NCBI GenBank assembly: GCA_964012805.1
Contig: CAXGUD010000039.1
Coordinates: 1-33,242, forward strand
Length of the DNA: 33,242 nucleotides
Source: an uncultured Bacteriovoracaceae bacterium
Lineage (GTDB): Bacteria > Bdellovibrionota > Bacteriovoracia > Bacteriovoracales > Bacteriovoracaceae
Direction of reading: 5' to 3'
Part shown: in pieces, positions 26,669-33,242 of the stretch
How positions within the stretch are numbered: position 1 is the stretch's first letter
How the letters are laid out: every line of letters starts with the position of its first letter
Notes under the pieces: generated by a model
Database searches by the model: none
What the model was told of the DNA's origin: nothing
The model's input: only the letters and a program-made list of their open reading frames with translations
Translations under genes and position numbers: made by a program

Positions 26669-28063
26669 ATGAAAATTAATATTTTCTTAGTTTTTCTATT
26701 TACCTTTTTTATGAGTTGTAAACCTCAAGGTCCTGAAGCTAAGTGGGTTTACGGTTCATGGTACGAAATATTAGATGGAGGAAAAATAGAGTTTAAAAAG
26801 GGAGGAAAGGTTGACTGGTTTGGTAATTCAGGGACTTTTACCTTTGAAAAAAAATCCACTTTCATTTGTGGTGGTGGTGGATGCGATGATGGGGAGATTG
26901 TTGTAAAAGCAGATGGAGACACACTCCGCTTTGGTTATAGAGTCAATAAGGGGCAATCAAAGCCTAAAATTTGGAATATAAAACTTCAAAAATATGGAGG
27001 ACTTGCCAAAAGTCATAAGGTCAAGGGAAAAGAAACGAGGAACTTGTTTTTAAGTTCAACAAAGGCGGGAGGAGGTCCTTTTAAGCTTGCAAACTTTGAA
27101 AGAATGGATAAAGGGCTTTATAAATATAATAGTATGAGTTCAAGCGGAGTGGTTAACGGCGAGCTAGTTTCCAACCTTTGGTGGGGGACAGGTGCGCTTG
27201 GACGTTTTGATAATAAATCAAAACGATGGGAGGTTTTTGACGACTCTCTTACAAGTGGGAGTCTATACTATGGAAAAAATGTTTTGATCCATAATGGTTT
27301 TACTTCTGCTGAATACTCCCTTGACACCGGAAGATCATGGAACAATCTACCTAAATTGGAAGATGAAATAGGATCTTCATCAGGCTTTTATGAAACGACT
27401 TTTTTGGGTAAAAGAATCTTTAATATAGAACAAGAACAGGTGGGGCAGGGAAAAGAGTGGGAAGACCCTAGGTTATATAAAATTTACTCTATTGATCTTT
27501 CTAAGTCCTCGCCGAAGTGGTCAAAAGTCTTTGATGTTCCTTCAAGTCTAACTACAAATCTTTATCAGGTTAAATTATATTCTTCTGAGGAAAAAGGTGA
27601 ACTCTATTTACTTGCAAATCCAGCAAGAAATCATAATAAAAAAGGTCTTAAAGTCAAAATGTATTTGAGTAAGGATAAAGGGTTATCTTTTACGGAAATC
27701 GGTTTACCAGAATTCGATCATGTAGGTCAGGCCAGGACAAGCCCAAAAGGTATTGTTGTGATTGGTTGGAAAAAAGTTGGTGGGAAAAACGTTTATTCAG
27801 CGAACTTTTTAAATACAGACGCAGATTCTTGGAGGTCTATACAAATCGAAAGAGAGCTCTATAGTTGGTACCCTTACAAAGATACCATTTTGGTTTTTAA
27901 TTGGATGAATGGATTGGATCTTCTTAGAGAAGATGGAAGTTTGATTCCTTTTTTAAGGGCCTCTAATCTAAGTGAAAACGCTTTCCAATCACCCCAGCTT
28001 CATGTCTTTAATGATGAGGTTTATTTCAGTTCCTATACTATTTGGAAGTATAAAAATAAATAG
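26669..28063 (+). CDS. Lipoprotein with BNR/Asp-box repeats (probable beta-propeller) and a small N-terminal beta-rich domain
   Basis: Lipobox-like FFMSC and Asp-boxes YSLDTGRSW and YLSKDKGLSF. Trp/Gly-rich beta-strand pattern. Starts 11 nt after the GST stop codon. Confidence 0.7.
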   Translation: MKINIFLVFLFTFFMSCKPQGPEAKWVYGSWYEILDGGKIEFKKGGKVDWFGNSGTFTFEKKSTFICGGGGCDDGEIVVKADGDTLRFGYRVNKGQSKPKIWNIKLQKYGGLAKSHKVKGKETRNLFLSSTKAGGGPFKLANFERMDKGLYKYNSMSSSGVVNGELVSNLWWGTGALGRFDNKSKRWEVFDDSLTSGSLYYGKNVLIHNGFTSAEYSLDTGRSWNNLPKLEDEIGSSSGFYETTFLGKRIFNIEQEQVGQGKEWEDPRLYKIYSIDLSKSSPKWSKVFDVPSSLTTNLYQVKLYSSEEKGELYLLANPARNHNKKGLKVKMYLSKDKGLSFTEIGLPEFDHVGQARTSPKGIVVIGWKKVGGKNVYSANFLNTDADSWRSIQIERELYSWYPYKDTILVFNWMNGLDLLREDGSLIPFLRASNLSENAFQSPQLHVFNDEVYFSSYTIWKYKNK

Positions 28064-28194
28064 TGCCAGTTGTTAAAAAGAAGCTTGTTCAAAAAAATCA
28101 ATTTCTTTTAATTTCTTTTTTTTCCCTTTATAGTTAGAGTAACGGTGTTTCATTGCCATAAAATCAACATAAAGAAATATTAAGGGGAAGCTTC

Positions 28195-29085
28195 GTGAAG
28201 AAAATTCTTGTAACTGGTGGGAATAAAGGAATAGGACTTGCGATTGTTCAAAAAATTCTTGAGACAGAGAATGAAGCTTTTGTTTATATGGGCTCCAGAT
28301 CTATTGATAGAGGTGATGCCTCAAGAAATAATCTTCTTAAACAAAATTCGAGCTTTAAAGGGCGGATTGAGGTTCTTCCTCTGGATGTTTCAAATGACCA
28401 TTCTGTGACAGAAGCTTTTAAAATTGTTGATAAGAGATGCCGTGCAGATGGCAAAAAACTCTATGGAATCGTCAATAATGCAGGCGTTATGATGGAAGAT
28501 TCCGCTTTAGAAGACGTCCTTCAGGTAAATGTTTATGGGATCTATAGAGTTTCAAATAAATTTATCCCTCTTATGGATGAAGAAAAAGGAAGGATTGTTA
28601 ATATCACCTCCGCAGCAGGCCCCAGTTTCGTTTCGACCTGTAGTGAAAAACAGAAGGACTTTTTGGTAAGCTCTGATATATCTTGGGAATCTCTAGAAAG
28701 TTTTATGGATAAATGCATTGATCTAAGAAAAAGTGGCGGAGACTTTTCTAGGGAAGGGCTTGGTGACGGTCCTTGTTACGGTCTTTCAAAGGCCATAGCG
28801 AATACTTTGACTCTTAATATGGCCAAAATTTATCCAAAATTAAAAATAAATGCGTGCACACCTGGCTTTATAGAGACTGATATGACAAGACCGATGGCCA
28901 AAGCGTGGGGGAAGACACCTGAAGAAGCTGGCATGAAAGAACCTAGTTTTGGGACCGTAGCTCCTGTTTTTCTTTTATTTGATGATTCCGTCGGGCATGG
29001 AGATTATTATGGGAGTGATGCTTTAAGAAGTCCCATTGATCGATATAGGTCACCAGGTACTCCACCTTTCACAAATAAATACTAA
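28195..29085 (+). CDS. SDR oxidoreductase, carbonyl-reductase (CBR1)-like
   Basis: TGGNKGIG, NNAG, NITS, a helical insertion before YGLSK, and CTPGFIETDMT. AAGGGG RBS with a GTG start. Confidence 0.9.
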   Translation: MKKILVTGGNKGIGLAIVQKILETENEAFVYMGSRSIDRGDASRNNLLKQNSSFKGRIEVLPLDVSNDHSVTEAFKIVDKRCRADGKKLYGIVNNAGVMMEDSALEDVLQVNVYGIYRVSNKFIPLMDEEKGRIVNITSAAGPSFVSTCSEKQKDFLVSSDISWESLESFMDKCIDLRKSGGDFSREGLGDGPCYGLSKAIANTLTLNMAKIYPKLKINACTPGFIETDMTRPMAKAWGKTPEEAGMKEPSFGTVAPVFLLFDDSVGHGDYYGSDALRSPIDRYRSPGTPPFTNKY

Positions 29086-29222
29086 AATAAAAACTATTTC
29101 TTTGCTAAGAAAAAATTTATCTCCAGTGAGGAATTATTTAAATACTTTTTATTTTTAAATGGTTCCCTTTTCCTAAAAAAATAAATACTTTCTCTTTTTG
29201 GATCCAAAAAATATTGAAACCT

Positions 29223-29249
29223 TGATTTTGAAAGCCTTTTTACCGAAGA
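29223..29249 (+). promoter_or_regulatory. Possible sigma28-type promoter for the RoxA-like gene
   Basis: TGAT-N15-ACCGAAGA, 50 nt upstream of the start codon; degenerate. Confidence 0.3.
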
Positions 29250-29298
29250 GAAAAACTAGGATGTAAATTTTAGTTTTTTTAGGAGAAGGGGTTTTTTT

Positions 29299-31032
29299 AT
29301 GTCTAAAAAAATATTTTTTCTAATGATTTTATTTTTTCTCTCTTTTTCTAAGTTTACATCCGCTGACTTTAAAGAGGTTAGTATTCAAAAGGTTCCAATG
29401 TCCCAATCGGGGAAGTATAAGCCAAATTACTCCTGGTGGAAAAACGAGCGTGCAAAGCGTCAAAAGAACTTAGATAATTATATGAAAAAGCATAAAAATG
29501 AGGTCTACTGGTTTAATTATTATCCAGTCGGTTATTCCGGTGTTCCGGCCATCATCTTTAGAATGTTTGCAGATGTTTTTCCCGAAATGTGGGGGAAAAA
29601 TTATGTTCAAGATTTAGGTCTTATTGAGGACAAATGGGGAGATAGACCTATTTTCCCTCTTGGGATTAGTTGGGGGAGAGGCTCTAAGGAATTAACGTCA
29701 CTTCCAGGACTAAATAAATTAAGAGTTATGGTGGTTAACTTTACTTGTGTGGGTTGCCATAGTGCTCAAGTTGTAGGCCCTAAAGGAAAAACCCATTTAT
29801 TAATAGGAGCCCCTACTACGACTTTGGATATTTTAAAGTATAGGGCAAATCTCGTAAAAACATTAGAAGATCCTCGATGGGATTTTGAAACTTTTAAAAA
29901 GGTGCTTGCAAAAAAGCCAAGAGGTTGGTTGTACAAGAAGAAAAGGTATTTAGGTCAAGAAATGCTTGATACAAAAGTTTTCCAATCAAAGGGTGATGTC
30001 ATTATGAAGGCCATCAAAGATAAAGTGATTGGAGAAACTGAGAGGATCTATGGCTATTTAGGAAAGCTTTATAATATGAAAGGAACCTACAGACCTGGAA
30101 ACAATAAAAAATACTATGAAGATAATAAAAATAATCTTCTTTTAGGGGGAGCTCCGGGACAACTTGAAGCTTTTGGGATTGCTTCAGCTAAGTTTGCTCC
30201 TTGGGAAAATGGGAAACCTGATCAAAGTGCGTTTGGAAAAGATATGTACTTTGGTAAGGGGCCTGCGTTTGTAGATGTTATGAGTGTATGGAACCAAAAA
30301 GACCGTGAATATGCGCAGTGGGATGGCAACTTGAAAGGAAAGTTAACTAGAAATCTTGGGGCTGAATTAGGTGTGATAGGGTCTCCTGAACTCGTAAATT
30401 TCAAAAATGGTAAATTGACAACTAAATTTGTTGAAAACTTACCTTCTCCTCCTTATATGTGGGATGTAGATAAGGCAAAAGCCGATAGAGGAAAGAAGAT
30501 TTTTGATAACGCCTGCTTAAAATGTCATGGTCGAGGAAAATTTATACCACTTAAGCTTGTTGGAACGGATCCTAATAGGGCATTAGGCCTTCCTAAAAAG
30601 GCCACAGATGTTCTCAGAAGCCAACTAAGAAAAACTTGTAAAGATCAGGGGGATCCGGAGTGCAGGATTCCAGACAATGACTTAGTTTATCCTAGATGGA
30701 AAAGGCCAGGTTATACGGCCCAGATTTTAGATGGTATTTGGGCCCGTTCTCCTTACCTTCATAATGGTTCTGTTCCGACCCTTTATCATATGCTTGTACC
30801 AAAAGAGAGACCTAAAACATTTTGGCGTGGAAACTTAAAGTACAACCCAGAAAAAGTGGGCTATCAATATAAAACGAAGCAAAGAAAATATGGAACCGCC
30901 ATTTATGATACAAGTGTGAATGGGCGTTCTAATAGAGGTCATGAAAATATTAAAGTCTTCTTTGGTGGTATAGACTTTTCAAAAGAGGTAGGAAAAAGGG
31001 AAGACTTACTGGAGTATTTGAAAACTTTATAA
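29299..31032 (+). CDS. Exported dihaem cytochrome c of the RoxA (rubber oxygenase) / MauG-bCcP superfamily
   Basis: Signal peptide and two haem c motifs, CVGCH (about 29746-29760) and CLKCH (about 30514-30528). Also VGTDPNR, LDGIWARSPYLHNGSVPTL, YDTS..G.SN.GH and LLEYLKTL. Confidence 0.88.
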   Translation: MSKKIFFLMILFFLSFSKFTSADFKEVSIQKVPMSQSGKYKPNYSWWKNERAKRQKNLDNYMKKHKNEVYWFNYYPVGYSGVPAIIFRMFADVFPEMWGKNYVQDLGLIEDKWGDRPIFPLGISWGRGSKELTSLPGLNKLRVMVVNFTCVGCHSAQVVGPKGKTHLLIGAPTTTLDILKYRANLVKTLEDPRWDFETFKKVLAKKPRGWLYKKKRYLGQEMLDTKVFQSKGDVIMKAIKDKVIGETERIYGYLGKLYNMKGTYRPGNNKKYYEDNKNNLLLGGAPGQLEAFGIASAKFAPWENGKPDQSAFGKDMYFGKGPAFVDVMSVWNQKDREYAQWDGNLKGKLTRNLGAELGVIGSPELVNFKNGKLTTKFVENLPSPPYMWDVDKAKADRGKKIFDNACLKCHGRGKFIPLKLVGTDPNRALGLPKKATDVLRSQLRKTCKDQGDPECRIPDNDLVYPRWKRPGYTAQILDGIWARSPYLHNGSVPTLYHMLVPKERPKTFWRGNLKYNPEKVGYQYKTKQRKYGTAIYDTSVNGRSNRGHENIKVFFGGIDFSKEVGKREDLLEYLKTL

Positions 31033-31053
31033 AAGGTTTTCAAATACTCAAGT

Positions 31054-31816
31054 TTACCTATTTTTAACTTTTGCCGCCTGGGCATTACTGCCAAAAGAAA
31101 AATCTTTTGTGTAATTTAGGCCTAAATCAAAATGTGTTAAGCTAACATCAGTTTGATCAGTTGTAATGGACCCACTAAAGCTTTCCCTATTTATAAAGAA
31201 AGACCAGATCCCCCTTTTACTTTGATGAAGGTAGGAAAAATATTGGTTTAGATTAATTCCTTTTTCAATCGTACCAATTTGTCCAAGGTGATTCTGATAA
31301 GAAAAAGAAGTACCCATTCCGATACCCAATCGTCCTCGCTTTAAGCTTTATAGACGGCTTGAAAATAACCTAGATCATTTTTAAAGAAGAAAGAAAAGTA
31401 TGGGTCTTCGTTGTCTGCCTCATAATTAAGTTCCAGAGTCTTTCCATCAAGGCTTTGTCCAGCACCAGGTCCATAATCTAATTTAGACTTTAAAGGAGAA
31501 TAAAGATTTATTGATACACCGATAGATAAACTTTTTGTAAATCCATAGGTTAGACTTGGGGATAGGGTGACCGCCATAGAACTTTTATTTTCAACTAGTC
31601 CTAAATTATTATTGCTTTTCCTCGACTCATGTTTCAGACCCAATGAATTTGAAAAGAGGAACCCATTCTTATCAGGCATAAGATTTGGGTCGAGTAGGTC
31701 TTTTTCTACTTTTGCTTTTTTACTTTAGGAAGCTTAATCTTTTTTAAGAAAGATTCTATCTTTTTACTAAAAACTTGTTTTTGCTTTATTCATAGTAAAA
31801 TAAAAATAATTTTCAT
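31054..31816 (-). pseudogene. Disrupted gene for an outer-membrane beta-barrel-like protein (fragments 31341..31679 and 31054..31329)
   Basis: Both fragments have alternating amphipathic beta-strands (LSPSLTYGFTKSLSIGVSINLY, LTHFDLGLNYTKDF). Adding one A at about 31347-31349 joins them as FQAVYK-SLKRGRLGIGMG. An aborted signal-peptide-like start, MKIIFILL*, lies at about 31816. Confidence 0.6.
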
Positions 31817-31824
31817 TTTATAAT

Positions 31825-32727
31825 TTATCTTAAAGGCGTTCCATCAAGATTATAAAATTTTAAACTTTCTTCTACTTTCAAATAAACAACAGCCTCGTTA
31901 TTTTCATTGTATAAAAGAATTGGCTTTTTGACCCCATAATATTTTATGTTTCTAATAACTGATGTAAATTTATCTAAATATCCTGATGTAGTACCCGTCG
32001 GTGTATTTTTAAATTTTTCTTCAACCTCTTGAACGACTGTATCATCTATAGTAATTTTCCTATTTCCTTTTAAAGTCATGTCTCCAACTTTTACCACGAT
32101 CGGACAGTTATGTTCAACAAAGGGACCCCCGATAGCGCTGGTTTTAGTGTAGCATCTATCGCTCCCTAATTCAGGTGGATTACTTGGTTTTTCCCTCCAT
32201 TCAAATGGCACTCCCTTAATAAATTCTCCAATTTTGTTTCCATCCTTATCAAAATAATTGGTGTGAACGTACTCCTCCGTATATGGTTTACCATTCGAGA
32301 AATCCAAGTTACCGCTGGCGTCTTTTGGAATTTGGATAAATTCCCTATGTATCATCAATTGTTCATAAAACTTTGTTTTTGCATAAGATAACGTCGTATC
32401 GGTTACCCCTTTCCCTAAATCCTCTTGTACCTGCTGACTACCTTCGTGGTATACTCCTTTAAGCCTTTTAATATAAGGTATTTCTTTTCTTTTGTTTAAA
32501 AGATCATATTCTTTTGCTACATTCAAATTTGTATATGTCTTCCCATTAAAATCGAGAGATACTATTGTGTCTTCTAATTTGATACATTTCCAAAATTGGT
32601 CTTTTTCACTGGAAATATTACTCTCAGATTCTCGACAGGGAAGATTGTCATTTGAAAAGACCTTAAAATGAATCGATAAACTTAATCCAAAAAATAAAGT
32701 GGTATAAAGAAACAACTTCATAATCAA
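31825..32727 (-). CDS. Hypothetical exported protein with four Cys (start probably ATG at 32721)
   Basis: 300-aa ORF with an AAGGA RBS and signal peptide MKLFLYTTLFFGLSLSIHFKVFS. No family recognised. Confidence 0.75.
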   Translation of the reverse strand: MIMKLFLYTTLFFGLSLSIHFKVFSNDNLPCRESESNISSEKDQFWKCIKLEDTIVSLDFNGKTYTNLNVAKEYDLLNKRKEIPYIKRLKGVYHEGSQQVQEDLGKGVTDTTLSYAKTKFYEQLMIHREFIQIPKDASGNLDFSNGKPYTEEYVHTNYFDKDGNKIGEFIKGVPFEWREKPSNPPELGSDRCYTKTSAIGGPFVEHNCPIVVKVGDMTLKGNRKITIDDTVVQEVEEKFKNTPTGTTSGYLDKFTSVIRNIKYYGVKKPILLYNENNEAVVYLKVEESLKFYNLDGTPLR

Positions 32728-32735
32728 TCCTTTTT

Positions 32736-33173
32736 TTAAAGTCGAATTGTTTGCAATTTTATAAGCATATTTTTTTGATCATGAGTAATTTTATTTGTCA
32801 CTGCGTTTGGGTCTATCTTTAACCGAATATCTTGTGAAAGATTTAAAAGAGCTTTTTTTTGGCTTTCACTTATTGTACCCTGGTTGTCACTAGAATCAGA
32901 TTCAAGGCCATTAAAACTAACTGCTTGCATCTTTAAAAGAGGGTGACTTTTTATAGTTAACTCCTCTTCGTCTTTCTTATCTCTACTATCTTCAATTTTA
33001 TTTTGTGAGCTAGATTGGCTGGTACTATTTGGTTTGACTTTTTTTACAGAAGAGTCTGATGAACCACCACCTTCTCCTTTGCAACCATAAAAAGAGAATG
33101 AGGAGAAAAGTAATAGTGACATAAGTATCAATTTATACACAAGAAGCCCCTTAAGCCAAGGTTCACCCTTCAT
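32736..33173 (-). CDS. Hypothetical lipoprotein (start possibly GTG near 33140)
   Basis: Hydrophobic stretch ending in lipobox-like FYGC, then a Gly/Ser-rich linker. Ends 8 nt upstream of the next ORF. Confidence 0.65.
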   Translation of the reverse strand: MKGEPWLKGLLVYKLILMSLLLFSSFSFYGCKGEGGGSSDSSVKKVKPNSTSQSSSQNKIEDSRDKKDEEELTIKSHPLLKMQAVSFNGLESDSSDNQGTISESQKKALLNLSQDIRLKIDPNAVTNKITHDQKNMLIKLQTIRL

Positions 33174-33212
33174 TTAAGATTATGTTTTACCATGATTTTG
33201 GTTAAAGTTTGC

Positions 33213-33242
33213 AAAAAAAGTAAAAAAAAAAAAAAGAAAAAA
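33213..33242. repeat. A-rich low-complexity tract at the window end
   Basis: AAAAAAAGTAAAAAAAAAAAAAAGAAAAAA; probably a contig end or assembly break. Confidence 0.7.

Noticed and set aside
1877..30404. Short ORFs overlapping larger genes (e.g. 1877..2077, 2659..2904, 4096..4407, 8107..8421, 8437..8709, 9465..9743, 10558..10869, 10956..11225, 16747..16992, 21997..22257, 25313..25555, 30222..30404)
   Set aside because: They are antisense or out-of-frame shadows of well-supported CDS, with no recognisable motifs.
29299..31032. Assigning the symbol roxA and a rubber-degradation function
   Set aside because: The family motifs are present, but the protein is shorter and divergent, and active-site equivalence cannot be verified without an alignment.
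1..33242. CRISPR arrays, tRNA/rRNA genes, transposases, integrases, prophage or anti-phage defence genes, selenocysteine readthrough
   Set aside because: By eye I found no regularly spaced direct repeats, cloverleaf T-loop/D-loop signatures, recombinase or nuclease motifs, or in-frame TGA joining two homologous ORF halves.
33213..33242. Terminal poly-A as a retroelement or mRNA tail
   Set aside because: The window is a dense bacterial gene array with no reverse transcriptase. An interrupted A-tract at the edge is better explained by a low-complexity contig end.

Overview
This is an AT-rich bacterial chromosomal or contig segment ending in an A-rich tract. The gene content is most consistent with a Bdellovibrionota (Bacteriovoracia-like) organism, which is inference from the style of ProS/HisS, a CheW-less PAS-Hpt-HATPase kinase, and many Lys-rich exported orphan proteins. 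It contains about 28 CDS: the 3' part of a DMSO-reductase-family molybdoenzyme with a long TorD-type chaperone, a sterol desaturase-family protein, an exported rhodanese, proS, hisS, ptrB, a fadD-like ligase, a CheY/CheX/CheA-like signalling set, and several SDRs. The right-hand accessory region encodes a C39-like protease lipoprotein, an endoglycoceramidase-like GH5 with an extra Cys-rich module in an apparent operon with a GST and an Asp-box lipoprotein, a RoxA-like dihaem cytochrome c, a broken beta-barrel gene and orphan exported proteins. I found no tRNA, rRNA, CRISPR array, integrase or transposase. The best leads are the GH5-GST-lipoprotein operon with the neighbouring SDR and RoxA-like genes, a recurring sigma28-like promoter motif in front of up to seven transcription units, the receptor-independent CheA-like/CheX pair, and the uncharacterised molybdoenzyme with its extended chaperone. 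All assignments come from reading motifs; no database search was run.
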